A model generated the notes under the pieces. That model did no database searches. It was not told where the DNA came from and worked only from the letters and a program-made list of their open reading frames with translations. 64,000 nt of DNA from an uncultured Planctomycetota bacterium. GTDB lineage: Bacteria > Planctomycetota > Planctomycetia > Isosphaerales > Isosphaeraceae. Positions 11,143 to 22,700 of the stretch are shown one piece after another. The stretch is from contig CAWJTV010000037.1 in the NCBI GenBank assembly GCA_963845755.1, forward strand, positions 64,001-128,000. The letters run 5' to 3'. Position 1 is the stretch's first letter. Each line of letters starts with the position of its first letter. Position numbers and translations under genes: made by a program.

Positions 11143-11554
11143 GGAACAGGTCCCCGGATTTCAGGAGATGGGATCACGCCCGCGTTCGACCACGGCGCCG
11201 GTCTTCGGCCGTGTGGGACCGGCGTCGGTCCCGACTTCCGCGTCCGTACGAGTCAACCTCCCTCACTTGCGAGAACCGGCAAATCGTCCAGTCAATCAAG
11301 GCTAGGCCAGGGACCGACTCAGGGTGTTGTGTTACCCTGCTTGTTGACGAAAAACGACAGGACGGGACGTGGAGCCCGATCCTTGACACCGGGATTCGCC
11401 AGGGTCCATGATGATCGTGCCCCTGAACCAACCCCGCTCGAAGGAAGTCGGGCTCACACTCCCGGCGGCCGAGGGATCGTGCGAGTCCGGTTGACGAGCG
11501 ACCACTGGGAACGCGTCGAGGAATGAGGACCCGGCTCCCGCCGGCCGTGCTGAC

Positions 11555-13060
11555 ATGAATGAACCTGACCGCCCCCACCAACCAGATCACGAGCACGACG
11601 ACGACCTTTATGCATTGCCACCCGATGCGATCCGGGAACCGCCGCACACGTTCTTCCGCGCGCTCCGCCAGATCGGTCCGGGGCTGATCCTGGCGGCGTC
11701 GATCGTGGGCACTGGCGAGCTGATCAATACGACCAGCCTCGGTGCCAAGGCCGGCTTCAGCCTGCTCTGGCTCATCCTCCTGTCGTGCGTCATCAAGGTC
11801 TTCGTGCAGGTGGAGCTGGGCCGATACGCCATCACGCACGGCAGGACGACGCTCGCGGCGTTCGACTCACTACCCGGCCCGCGGATCGGCGCCTCTTGGC
11901 TGTGCTGGCTCTGGCTGATCATGACGCTGACGACGCAGGCGCAGATCGCCGCGATGGAGGGGAGCGTGGGCCAGGCCGCGAACATGGCCTTCCCCAGGGC
12001 ATCGATCTCCATCGCGCTTTTCGCAGGAAACCTGGTCCCCTCCTGGGGGGGTTACCTCGCCAATCACCGGGAGCATTCCTGGGCGGCCTTGACGACATTG
12101 GCGGCGATCCTGCTCCTCCTCTCGGGTGGTTACAAGCGGTTGGAGAAGATCACGACGGTCCTGGTCGCGGCGGTGACGCTGTTCACCGTGGTGAGCGTCC
12201 TGATCCTGCAATGGACGAAGTTTCGCATCACGTGGCCCGACCTGGGCGGGGGGTTCGAGCTGGCCGTCCCCTCGGCCACTCTGGCACTGGCGTTCTCGGC
12301 GTTCGGGATCACGGGGGTCGGGGCCTCGGAGCTGGTCGCCTATCCGTATTGGTGCATCGAGAAGGGCTATGCGCGCTACGTCGGGGAGAGGGACGATCGG
12401 CCGGCGTGGGCCCATCGCGCACGGGGGTGGATCCGCGTCATGCAGCTCGATGCCTGGTTCAGCATGGTCGTCTTCACGGTGGCTACGATCGCGTTCTACT
12501 TCCTCGGTGCCGCCGTCCTGCATCCCCAGAAACTCGATCCCAAGGGTCCGGAGATGATCCCGATCCTGTCGCAGATGTACTCGAGGCCGCTCGAGGGGAC
12601 CCCCCTGGCATGGCTCCGGCCGTTCACACACCTCGGCTTCCTGCTCGGGGCCTGGGGCGTCCTCTTCAAGACGCTGTACGTCGCCACGGCCGCCAACAGT
12701 CGCCTGACGGCGGACTTCCTCCACCTGGTCGGTGTCTGGCACCCGCGTAAACCCGCGGACCGAGAACGCATGGTCAAGTTCTTCTGCGTGGCTTATCCGA
12801 CCCTCTCTTTAGGCCTGTATTACGCCTTCCGCGAGCCCCAGAGCCTCATCAAAGCGGGCGGAATTGCCCAGGCCCTGATGCTGCCATTCATCGCCGGCGC
12901 GACGATCTACCTCCGCCGGCGAGATACCGATCGCCGGGTCGGGCCCTCGGCGCTGAGCGACGGGCTCACCTGGGTTGCGTTCCTGGCCATCTCCGCCGTC
13001 GCGCTCTACAGCATGTACGACCAGCTTCACGGGTTGATCGCCGGCCTCTTCTCGCATTGA
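11555..13060 (+). CDS. Nramp-like (APC superfamily) transporter
   Basis: IGPGLILAASIVGTGELI, FGITGVGASELVAYPYW; about 11 TM helices. Confidence 0.85.
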   Translation: MNEPDRPHQPDHEHDDDLYALPPDAIREPPHTFFRALRQIGPGLILAASIVGTGELINTTSLGAKAGFSLLWLILLSCVIKVFVQVELGRYAITHGRTTLAAFDSLPGPRIGASWLCWLWLIMTLTTQAQIAAMEGSVGQAANMAFPRASISIALFAGNLVPSWGGYLANHREHSWAALTTLAAILLLLSGGYKRLEKITTVLVAAVTLFTVVSVLILQWTKFRITWPDLGGGFELAVPSATLALAFSAFGITGVGASELVAYPYWCIEKGYARYVGERDDRPAWAHRARGWIRVMQLDAWFSMVVFTVATIAFYFLGAAVLHPQKLDPKGPEMIPILSQMYSRPLEGTPLAWLRPFTHLGFLLGAWGVLFKTLYVATAANSRLTADFLHLVGVWHPRKPADRERMVKFFCVAYPTLSLGLYYAFREPQSLIKAGGIAQALMLPFIAGATIYLRRRDTDRRVGPSALSDGLTWVAFLAISAVALYSMYDQLHGLIAGLFSH

Positions 13061-13290
13061 CGACCGCTCTCGCCCCGACTCCCCACCAGGAGTACAATTG
13101 AGTTTGCGACACCGCCCCGGACGGGATGGCCGTTCCTCGGTTTCTGGAGCCGTTCCTGGCAATCACCAGGGATTGCGTTGACGGGTGCGAGGAAATGACG
13201 GGATTGCCAACTCCCGGGACAATTGCCTGGACGCTCATTACCCCCGCAAGGAAGACGTGCTCTGATGTTACTCAAGGATGGATCTCGCCC

Positions 13291-15978
13291 GTGATTCGCA
13301 CCCTGCTCGCCGGCCGATACGTCGCGTTCATCGCGGTCGTTGTCCTCCTCGTCGCGCTGGGGCTCTGGGGCCGGCGCGTCAGCTACGAGCAGTCGATCAA
13401 CTCGTTCTTTGCCGAGGATGACCCGTACATGCGGGTCTATCAGCAGGCGGCGAAGACCTTCGGGGACGATAACTTCGTCTTCGTGGCCTATGACGATCCC
13501 GAGCTACTCACGCCGCAGGGGCTGGACCGCGTCTCGGAGCTGGCCGAGGCCATCGGACATGATCGCATCGAGGGCGTGCAGCGCGTCGAGTCGCTCGACG
13601 CGATGCCGCTCCTCTGGGCCGTCGACGACACTTTGTTGATGCTCGACCGCCTGCCGGACTTCCTCCGGAAACGAGCACTCGAGACGGCGAAATCCACGAT
13701 CAAGAACATCGACCTGAAGACCAACGCCATGACGGTCAGAGGGGCGGTCCGGGCTTCGTCATCGAATCCGGCGGCCCTGTCGGTATTGAAGGATCGCCTG
13801 ACACGACATCCGCTGTTCGTCGGGACCCTGATCGACTCCAGCGGGACGACCACGGCCGTGGTGGCGCGGTTGAAGAAGACGAACGAGCACAACGTGATCG
13901 CGACCGTCGCCGCGCTGCGGGAGGCCGCCGATGCGTTCGCGGCGCACCACGGGCTGGGTCGCCCTGCGGTCGTTGGTCCGCCGGTGCTCCTGGCCGACGG
14001 CTTCGCGGCGATCGAAGTCGACGGCCGTCGTCTGGCGGTCATCGGCATGATCCTGATCGGCGTGGTGACGCTCACGGCCGTACGTAGCGTCTGGTGGGCG
14101 ATCGTGCCGATGCTCGCCGGTTGGGTGATCTGGCTGGCGACCGAGGAAATCCTGGCGCGGTTCGGGATCAAGCTGGCACTCTCGGGCGGCCCTCTGGTGG
14201 CGCAGATCATCGTCCTGACGATGCCGGCGGCCAGCCACCTGGCAATCCACTTCCGGGACGACCGCCGCCGCGAGGCCGACCCGCGCCGGGCCGCCGGAGC
14301 GACCCTGGCCTCGGTCGCCGCGCCGATCCTCTGGACGGCGATCACCGGCGCCATCGGGTACGGGGCGCTCGTCACCAGCGACGTCATGCCGGTCCGTCAG
14401 TTCGGGGCCATCCTCGGGACCTGCACCCTCGGCGCCGCCCTCCTGGTGATGCTGATCTCGCCGATCGCCATGCTCCCCCCCTTCCGCCTGGAGCTGCCCG
14501 TGCGGTACGGCTCGCGGTCGCGCGTGGCCGGGGCTATGAACCGGCTGATCCACTGGGTGCACCGTCACCCGATCGCGATTGTGGCCTCGGTCGCGGCCGT
14601 CGTCCTGCCTCTCTCCGCGGGACTCGTCCGGCTTCAATACGAGACGAACTATATCAATCTCTTCCGCCCGACAACGCGCGTCGTGCGCGATTATCACACG
14701 GTAGAGTCTCGACTCGGGGGGATCGGTCTGGTGGAGTTGGTGGCTCCCGTGGGTCCCAAACTCACGCCCGAGATCCTCGGCAAGTTGAGGGGCGTCGAGG
14801 AGCGGATCCGGGCGATCCGCGTGACCGACCCGAAAGCCGTGGCGCAGGTGCTTTCGCCGGCGACGGTGCTCGACCCCGACGCCAGGCTGGCCGCCCTCCC
14901 GGCCGACCGCCGGAGCCGCCTCCTGACTGACAAGCTGGACCTGATCGCCGCCTCGCCCCAGGGCGAGTTGCTCCGCAGCTTCTGGAACGCCGATGCGGGT
15001 ATGACCCGCCTGCTCATCCGACTCAAGGAGCAACAGCCGGCCCCCGACAAGGCGCGGATCTTCCGTCATGCAACCGAGGAGGCCGCCCGGGATTTCGGGC
15101 CCACGTCTTACTCCGGCTACAACCTACGCATCGTCGAATCCACGAGCATCGCGAAGGCGCTGCCGAGCGAAGGCAACCGTGTGATCATCGTCGCGATTGT
15201 CGGTCGGTTGCTCCACTTCCGGATCTTCGACAGAGATGGCAACCTGGTCGCGAACACCGATGAGACACGGCTCAGCGATCAATCGCCTCGGATCGAAGAT
15301 CTCAGAGCGGAGCTCGATCGTTTTCGACCTCCACATGGGCCGCCGATGAAAAGCGACGAATCGCGGATCATCTCCGCGGTCGCGGCCATCGTCGGTCATA
15401 GCCCGCATCTGACCGGGCTCTCGCTCCTCATGACCCGGACGACCGAGGCCATCATCACCACGCAATGGGGGACGTTCCTCTGGTCGGCGCTGGGAATCTT
15501 CTTGATGCTGACCCTGGCGTTCCGGAGTCCGGTGCTCGCGGTGCTGGCGATCCTGCCGACGTTATTATCCGTCGCCCTCGTGCTCGGACTGATGGGTTGG
15601 CTCGGCATCCAGCTCGATATGGCGACCGCACTGGTTGCCAGCGTGGCGCTCGGCCTGTCGGTCGACGATACGTTCCATTGCCTGCTCCAGTTTCACCGGC
15701 ATCGCAAGACCCGCCGGTTCCGGCGCCGGTTGTTCGAGAGCTATCGAGTGAGCGGCCCCGGAGTGATCCTTTCCAGCCTGGCGGTCGCGATCGGCTTTGC
15801 CGCGCTGCGGGCCAGCGAGTTCGAGCCGTTCGTCAACTTCGGGACCATGGTTGGCATCGCCACGGCCGGCAGCACGCTCGGCAACCTGGTGCTGCTGCCC
15901 GCGTGCTTGACCCTGGGGCGTCGGTGGGGCACGAAGGCGAAGAGGCCCGGGACCGTGCCGGTCCCGGTCGATGCCTGA
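13291..15978 (+). CDS. MMPL/RND-superfamily transporter carrying a ~99-aa in-frame insertion
   Basis: Two TM blocks, each preceded by a periplasmic domain; VALGLSVDDTFH, FG..., LVLLPA motifs; GTG at 13291. Confidence 0.88.
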   Translation: MIRTLLAGRYVAFIAVVVLLVALGLWGRRVSYEQSINSFFAEDDPYMRVYQQAAKTFGDDNFVFVAYDDPELLTPQGLDRVSELAEAIGHDRIEGVQRVESLDAMPLLWAVDDTLLMLDRLPDFLRKRALETAKSTIKNIDLKTNAMTVRGAVRASSSNPAALSVLKDRLTRHPLFVGTLIDSSGTTTAVVARLKKTNEHNVIATVAALREAADAFAAHHGLGRPAVVGPPVLLADGFAAIEVDGRRLAVIGMILIGVVTLTAVRSVWWAIVPMLAGWVIWLATEEILARFGIKLALSGGPLVAQIIVLTMPAASHLAIHFRDDRRREADPRRAAGATLASVAAPILWTAITGAIGYGALVTSDVMPVRQFGAILGTCTLGAALLVMLISPIAMLPPFRLELPVRYGSRSRVAGAMNRLIHWVHRHPIAIVASVAAVVLPLSAGLVRLQYETNYINLFRPTTRVVRDYHTVESRLGGIGLVELVAPVGPKLTPEILGKLRGVEERIRAIRVTDPKAVAQVLSPATVLDPDARLAALPADRRSRLLTDKLDLIAASPQGELLRSFWNADAGMTRLLIRLKEQQPAPDKARIFRHATEEAARDFGPTSYSGYNLRIVESTSIAKALPSEGNRVIIVAIVGRLLHFRIFDRDGNLVANTDETRLSDQSPRIEDLRAELDRFRPPHGPPMKSDESRIISAVAAIVGHSPHLTGLSLLMTRTTEAIITTQWGTFLWSALGIFLMLTLAFRSPVLAVLAILPTLLSVALVLGLMGWLGIQLDMATALVASVALGLSVDDTFHCLLQFHRHRKTRRFRRRLFESYRVSGPGVILSSLAVAIGFAALRASEFEPFVNFGTMVGIATAGSTLGNLVLLPACLTLGRRWGTKAKRPGTVPVPVDA
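15112..15408 (+). other. In-frame inserted domain (~99 codons) within the MMPL gene
   Basis: Removing it rejoins FGPTSY|LTGLSLL, matching the first-half GRPAVVGPPVL; the insert has more A/T-ending codons than its flanks. Confidence 0.6.
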
Positions 15979-16068
15979 AAGTGCGACGGTGGTCGGCCTC
16001 ATGCACGATGGCCGGAATCCGGACCGATGAGTCGGTCCTCCGTTTCCCTCGCGTCGGCAGTCGTCAAC

Positions 16069-17289
16069 TCATTCGACCAGGCCGAAGCTCGACTTGCTCG
16101 CGACCGAGCTGTTGTAATTGATGTCGATCCCACTGGCTCCCGAGAACGCAACCTTGTTGACGATGAACTGCGAGCCGAAATTCGCGACACCGCTGCTGCC
16201 GCTCAGGTTCAGGGTGGCACTCGGGAAGTAGAAAGTGCCGGAGTTGTTGATGTCGGACCCTCCGGACATCGAGACGCTGTTGGTATTGGCCCGGTCCTGG
16301 AACATCGTGATTCCGGCATAGGTGCCACTGGTCATGGGACTCAACGAGATCCCACTGGTGCCGCTCAGGTTGATCGAGCCGCTCCCGGTGTTGTAGATGA
16401 ACACGCCGTTTCCGCTGATGTCGGTCGCCCCGCTCATGTTGATCCCGCCGTTTTTGATGTAGTAGATTCCCGGATTGAGCGTGATCGACGAGGAACCGCT
16501 CAGATCGATCCCGCCGTTGTAGACGCCGGGATTCAATGTGCGGGATGTCGTACCCGAGAGGTTGATCGCGGAGCTGCTCTGGACGGTCATACCTGTGGAG
16601 CTGGGAGCCGGGATACTCGCCAGCGGGTCGGGGGTATTCGGCTGACTGTAATTCGTGACCGTGGCCTTATTGGGATTGGATCCCGAGAAAAGGATCCTCC
16701 CCGAAAGATCGAGCTCCGGCGTCGTGATGGAAGGTGAGCCTGACGAGACGATCGACGAAGAAGAGGTCGAATCGACCACGATACTGCCATTGACGGCGGT
16801 GACCTGCGTCGTACCCGAGAGCGTGACCGAGGAACCCGAGGAAGCCAGAACCAGGAGGGCAGCGGTCGAGTAGGGGGTCGATACCCCCCGCGCGACGGCG
16901 CTGGCCGTGACCGACATCGTACCGGATCCCCAGAGACCGCTGAAGAATCGCGGTTGGCTGCCGGTGACCGACACGGCGACATACCCCGTCCGAGGGGAGG
17001 TCACCTGGGATGAGGTGATGGTGTATCCGTTCTGCGTACCGATCGCGATTGCCGACTTCTGGGCCACGGTGAAGTTGGAGCCATTGTACATCTGATACGC
17101 GCCGGCCAGTGCGGCGGCGTCGGCGACCGACTGCGCCTTCTGCCGCTGGAGATACATCAGCCCCCCGTCGAGTGCGAGCGCCATGACGCCCACGACCACG
17201 GGTAAGAGGACAGCCGCCATCACCAGGACCATTCCGCGTCGCGAGGTCACATCCCGGGAAATCGCGTGTCGTGTCAACATCGTTCGCAT
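16069..17289 (-). CDS. TadG-like pseudopilin/adhesin with C-terminal beta-solenoid-like repeats
   Basis: RRG|MVLV pseudopilin cleavage site, ALDGG...QSVADAAALAGA Tad motif; repeated [IV]N[LM]SG units and LNPG[VI]Y. Confidence 0.85.
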   Translation of the reverse strand: MRTMLTRHAISRDVTSRRGMVLVMAAVLLPVVVGVMALALDGGLMYLQRQKAQSVADAAALAGAYQMYNGSNFTVAQKSAIAIGTQNGYTITSSQVTSPRTGYVAVSVTGSQPRFFSGLWGSGTMSVTASAVARGVSTPYSTAALLVLASSGSSVTLSGTTQVTAVNGSIVVDSTSSSSIVSSGSPSITTPELDLSGRILFSGSNPNKATVTNYSQPNTPDPLASIPAPSSTGMTVQSSSAINLSGTTSRTLNPGVYNGGIDLSGSSSITLNPGIYYIKNGGINMSGATDISGNGVFIYNTGSGSINLSGTSGISLSPMTSGTYAGITMFQDRANTNSVSMSGGSDINNSGTFYFPSATLNLSGSSGVANFGSQFIVNKVAFSGASGIDINYNSSVASKSSFGLVE

Positions 17290-17293
17290 ACCC

Positions 17294-17707
17294 CTAGTAG
17301 GTCACCGGCATGGTCGAGGTCGCGTTCCACGTCATGACGCCGAAGACCCCTGCAGGTGTCCACGTGTAAGTGAGTGTCACGCTGACAGTGCATGGCAAGG
17401 TCGCGGCCGAGTAGGTGACATTGGTGCAGTTCAGACCCTTGAGACCGACCGATAGACTCTGGACCTCGGTCAGGACGGTCGAAGTCGTTGCCATGGACTG
17501 ACCGTTTTCCGACGCGTAGGTCGGGCCGTGGACCGACGCGTATCGCGAGCCCTCGCGGGCCAGGAACTGGAGCTGCTGGTAGTTGAAGACCCCGACGCCG
17601 CCGACGATCGTGCCTATGAGCAAGAGCATGGTCACCGGGTAGACCAACGCGCATTCGAGGATCGTTGTGCCGCGACGGTGCTTCGCGTTGTGCACCCGAT
17701 GAATCAT
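17294..17707 (-). CDS. tadE: TadE-like pseudopilin
   Basis: RRG|TTILECALVYP...AREGSRYASVHG. Confidence 0.85.
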   Translation of the reverse strand: MIHRVHNAKHRRGTTILECALVYPVTMLLLIGTIVGGVGVFNYQQLQFLAREGSRYASVHGPTYASENGQSMATTSTVLTEVQSLSVGLKGLNCTNVTYSAATLPCTVSVTLTYTWTPAGVFGVMTWNATSTMPVTY

Positions 17708-17756
17708 GAGTTTCAAACCCTCGCACGAGTGAGGACCGAGCGTCGGGCCGCGGGGC

Positions 17757-18230
17757 TCAGGGCACAGGTGCGGTCGACGCCGGGAAGGGCATGGAGACGG
17801 ACTGAGTCAGCGTGATCGAGCTTCCGATCGAGGGAAGACCCTGGTTGGATCCGAGCATCAAGAGCGGGAAATTGCATTGGACCTTGACGGTGACGTAGTT
17901 ATTCGTGCCGGCCTGCGGCGAGTAGGGGTTAGCGTTGCCCCCGGAGCTACTGGGGATCGTGATGCTCAGGTTGCCGGCATCGGCTTGCACGGCTGTTGAC
18001 AGACTGGTCCAGTTCGAGGGCAGCGAGTTGCCGCTCGCACTGTAGAATTCGTAAAGTGCTCCGTTCCGGGCACAGTTCTGGAGGATCACCAGGGCATACG
18101 CCACCCTGGCAAAATCGATCGCGGCCATGCAGACGAAGACGAGCAAGGGGAGCAGCAGGGCGAGCTCAACCGCAGCCACTCCCCGTCGTTTCTTTCGTTG
18201 CCCCGCGAATCGTGGGCATGATCTCGTCAT
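17757..18230 (-). CDS. tadE: TadE-like pseudopilin
   Basis: RRG|VAAVELALLLP...DFAR...NCARNGALY. Confidence 0.88.
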   Translation of the reverse strand: MTRSCPRFAGQRKKRRGVAAVELALLLPLLVFVCMAAIDFARVAYALVILQNCARNGALYEFYSASGNSLPSNWTSLSTAVQADAGNLSITIPSSSGGNANPYSPQAGTNNYVTVKVQCNFPLLMLGSNQGLPSIGSSITLTQSVSMPFPASTAPVP

Positions 18231-18712
18231 GGCTAGGATCGAACCAGGGTTCTCGGGAAATTCGCCCGGTACGGACCGACCCGCCTCGGCCCGCTAGACC
18301 GTCGAGGCAATCTGCTGCTCCCAGAGTAAACCTAGGCCGCATTTCAGTCGGCCACCAATCCTGTTGCGTTTCGAGGAGATCCGCGTGCGCGCCGGGCCTC
18401 ACAATACTTCGCGCCTGCGGCTTCGACGTGAGCGGGAACTCCGTGCCGGGCACGGGTTCCGACGAGCGCACCCGATTCCCGATCTCATTGGGTGGGCATG
18501 GCTGAAGTGATTCCTTTGTTGATCGAAAGAAACAGCATCCCGTTCAAGAATGCGACAAGACCGGCGGTCTGTCCACATAATGCAGCGCAATGTTGCAACA
18601 CAAGAGAAGACGATCCTGGCCGGTTTTCGGCCTCGTTTTCGGCGAGATCAATCTGCTTATCCAGGATATCAAGAGAATTCGAAATCAGGAATCCGCTTGC
18701 AGGGCGTGAGCC

Positions 18713-19735
18713 TCATGCGGAAGGTGCTCGATAGGGCGAGTCGCGGAGCGAGACCACGTGTCCCGTATCGGCGGCCTGCTGGGCCTTGATCGCGATCTCC
18801 GTAATGCGACAGGCCTCGTGCAACGCGATCGGACACGTCGTCTCACCACGCAGCGAGCGCGCGAACAGAGTGAAGATGTCAGTCTGGGGTGTCAGGGGGA
18901 GCGAGCGTGCTCGTTTGTCGGCGACGATCAGCGTCGCCTTGCGTTCGACGAGTGCGGTCTCGATGACGCCGCGAGAACCGGCGATCCGTAGTCGTTCGTC
19001 TCCGTGAGTGGGCGCGGATTCCGGCGCAGATAGTCGAGCGTGACCGAGGCCACCCCGCCGTTGCCCATCGAGAGCAGGAAGGCGGCCTGACTGCCACAGG
19101 CCGGGAAGTCTGGCCGAGCGGCGGTCCCCTCGCGTCCCTGCACTTCGGTAAACACATCGCCGAGGATCCAGTGCAGCCAATCGAAGGCGTGGATGCCAAC
19201 CCAGGGAGCGAGACCGGGGAAGGTCTTGCGGCTCCGGTAGAAATCCGGGCGGCTCTTGCCCCATTTATACGTCTTCTGGCTGAAGCTCATCAGCGATTCG
19301 CCGATGTCCCCGGCGCGGCACGGCCTGATGCACGGCGGCCAGCTCCGCCACACTCCGCATCGTGTGCATCGGCACCAGGGCCACCTTCGACTTCTGTGCG
19401 GCATGGTAGAGCCCTTCCAGCGCGGGCAGATCCATCGCCAGCGGCTTCTCTGCCATGACCGGCAGTCCGCGTTCCAGGCACTTGAGGGCCCAGGCCGGGA
19501 TCCGGTCATTGCGGCCAGTGACCTGCACCACGTCCAGCCGCTCGGTCTCGAGCATCTTCTGGGCATCGTCGTGACGGCGCGTGTCCACCGACAGGCCGGG
19601 GGCATGGTCGAATGAGCCAAGGGTTTCTTCCGGCCCGGCAGTGGCAACCGCGACGAGCGTCAAACCGGGAACCTGCTTCAGGGCCGGTGCGTAGGTATGC
19701 CAGTGTCCCGTCGAGCCGATCAGTCCCAGTCGCAT
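18713..19735 (-). CDS. Gfo/Idh/MocA family oxidoreductase (frameshifts near 19315 and 19025)
   Basis: MRLGLIGSTGH Rossmann start, VMAEKPLA, VGIHAFD and C-terminal ITEIAIKAQQAADTG, spread over three frames. Confidence 0.82.
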
Positions 19736-19755
19736 GGCGCTCCTTTCCAGGTCAT

Positions 19756-22700
19756 CTACTTCTTAAACTCGTTCGTCGGAGCTGCGATCAACGCCTCGGC
19801 CTCGCGGCACAGGACATGAGCGATCAGCCAGTCGTGCCACGCCCCGTTGCCGGGAATGGAAAAACGATCGTCGAGGAGTTGCTTCGCCTCGTCGAGCGAC
19901 TGTCGGGCAGCGCCCTCGTTCCGCAGTCGGTGCTGGGACATCGCCTCAACTGAGAGGTCAGCCGCGGTGAGGGCGTCAATGTTATTCTGGTTCTTCGCGA
20001 CTCGCCGGCGGCTGTCTTGGCAAGCCGCCAGCGCCTCGGCGTATTTCTCGGTTCGATACGCGTGGAGCCCATCGCTGAAGAGATACCATTCCATCGAGGG
20101 CTGCTGGTTTTCGCCGGAAACGGCCACCTGCGCGAGCCTGGCGATACGGTCGGCGTCCACCGGCGAGCTCGCGAGGAGCATGCAGGCCTTGACCGTATTA
20201 CTGGCCACCTCATGCGACGGGGTGTTTCCCCAGTGAGCGAGCATCAGCCGGCAATGTTCCCGGTAGCGCTCCATCTCTCCCAGGTGGACCAGCAATGCCC
20301 CAAGCTGAAGCGACGTGAAGGTGTCGGGCTGCAAGCGTTCCGCCACTACGAGATCGGCCTCGGCCTTCCTCCATAGGCCGTGGTCGCCGTACCAATTGCC
20401 CCGCTCGCGGTATCCCTTGGCCTGACCGGGCTCCTCGCGGATCGCCGCCGTCAGCCCCTCGGGGGGCTCACCCGCAGCGGCAGCGAGCAGTTCAGCCGCC
20501 TCGGGGCGGTCGAGTCCGACGACCCGCACGGCCTTCTGAAGGAGTGAGTTCAGGCCCGTGTCCGCAGCCGCGGCCGACGGGGTCACGAGCTCGGCGGCCT
20601 TCCGGCATGCGGCCCGAGCCTGGTCCATCTCTCCCAGTTGACCATGAGACACGGTGAGCATCAGCCAGTCGGCGGGCGGCGACTGCCGGTTCGCCGCCCT
20701 GCTCCTGGTCAGGATGTCCACGATTTTGCGGAACGCCCGGGTGGCATCGGCGCTCCGGTTGGCTTTCCGCGCGATTTCGCCGATGACCATGTAGGTGGAT
20801 GCCAGATCGCGATCCATTCCCAGGACCTCGGGCGATGCAGAGCTCATCGTCTCCGCGATGGAAGCCGCTCCTTGAAGCCGTTCCAGGGCTTCGTCGAGCT
20901 TTCCGGACTCGGCGAGTAGCCGACCGAGTTGCCGATCAGTCTCGGCGAGCTCGGCCTGGAAATCTCGGTTGGCCGGCTCTTCGGCCGCGATTCTGACTCG
21001 CTCGACCAGCACCGACTCGAGCTCGGCCTCAGCCTCGTTCTTCTGGCCGATATCCAGGCGTATCAGCGCAAGAGCCGCCCGGGCAGACAGCTCGTCGGCG
21101 CGGCCTTTGCGCTCGCGCCGGGAGGCTTGCTCCCGCGGCGACGACCCGACGTGGGCCACCGTCGGTGCTTTCGGGATCAGTCCCGCGGCCTCCTTGATGA
21201 GGATCTCGGCACGAACCATTTCGCACCAATGCAACGGATCGGTCTCGAAGTTCTGGCCGGGTTTCGGCAATCGGTCGTGTGCCGTGCGGGCTCGCTGTAA
21301 CGCGGACGCCGCTTCGGCGCCTCGACCGAGACGGGCCAGTGCTGCGGCCTCGACGCCTCGGATGGACGCATCGAGATCCGATAGGGGTTGCGGCGCGTTT
21401 GCGAATCGCGTCGCGACCGCGTCGAAGTTCCCGAGCCGGTAGTCCGCGAGGAGCGAAGCCAGCAACGTCCCGGCTTCTGCCGGTTGCGCTCGATGCCGGG
21501 CCAGTGCCGCTTCAGCCCATAGACGAATGGTCTCCCGATCCGACACGGCGTCAGGAGCCAGCAGGAGACTATTGACCATCGCCTCGACCAGGGTCGGGTC
21601 TCGGTTCTCCCGGTATCGGCCGAGCAGCTCCTGGGCGAGCTCACGATATCCCGACGCATCTCCAGCTCGGAGGCGCAGGAGGGCGAGTAACTCCTGGGCC
21701 GCGCCGTTCTCGGGGATGAGCTGAACGGTCCTGGCCTGGATGGCCGCCGCCTCGGGGAACATCCCACGACACACAAGTTCGTGCATTCGCCTCGCGACCA
21801 GAACCAGGTCATTCGGACGCAGAGCCGTCAGGCGGTCATACACCTGCGCGTCGTGGACGATCGAGTCGTCTATTCCATGTCGATCAAAGAACCACGCGTA
21901 GGAGCCGGCACGATCCTTCGGGATCTGCGGGATCCGGAGCGAATCGAGGACCCGAGCGAACTCGGTGGCGGCTTCGTCCCACCGCCCGAGTTCGGTGTAG
22001 GCACGGCCGATTTCTTTCGGCACCTGAGGCCAATTCCGGCCCAGTGCCCTCGCCCTCGCGAACATCTGGGCTGACTGGTCCCACCGTTGCAGCTCGCCAA
22101 GCCGGCGGCCGAGATCGATCCACAACCGTGGCTGATTCGGGGCTCCTCTCGCCAGGCGGAGGAATTCGTCCTCGGTCGTCTCGTGTGCCGCCTGGGCCTC
22201 ACGGGATTTCCGCATGAGGGCCAGTTCGTCGGCGCTCGGGACGGGAGGTTTGCCGTGGATCAGTCGGTGTGCTTCCCGGTAGGTGGCTTGATACCACAGC
22301 TCCTCTTCCCAGCCCTCGGCCAGCAGGCGCGGTGGTATGGCCAGGGCCTGCTGGACCTGCGCCGCATGTCGCATCTCAGCAGCTTGCAAGGTCTGGCGGG
22401 CCTCGTCCGGTTTGCCGACCTGATGGAGGATGGAGGCGTGGAGCGGCCGGAAGTAGAGCTGATCCTCGGTTTGCACCGCCTTCAGGACCTGCGTCTCCGC
22501 TTCGGCGTACCGGCCAGCACGGAAGTAGGCGTTCGCCTGCCGGTGATGCAGCCAGAATGCGTTCGGTGCATTATCGGACAACGTCTGGAGAGGCACGATC
22601 CACCGATCCCGAACCGCGCTCTTCTCCCCGGGCAGGAGACAGGACACTCCCAGGTCGGAGGGAACGTCGTCCTTGCCGGGACGGTCGTATCGGCGAACCA

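Noticed and set aside
15112..15408. Intein
   Set aside because: No C-terminal His-Asn followed by C/S/T and no Hint block motifs
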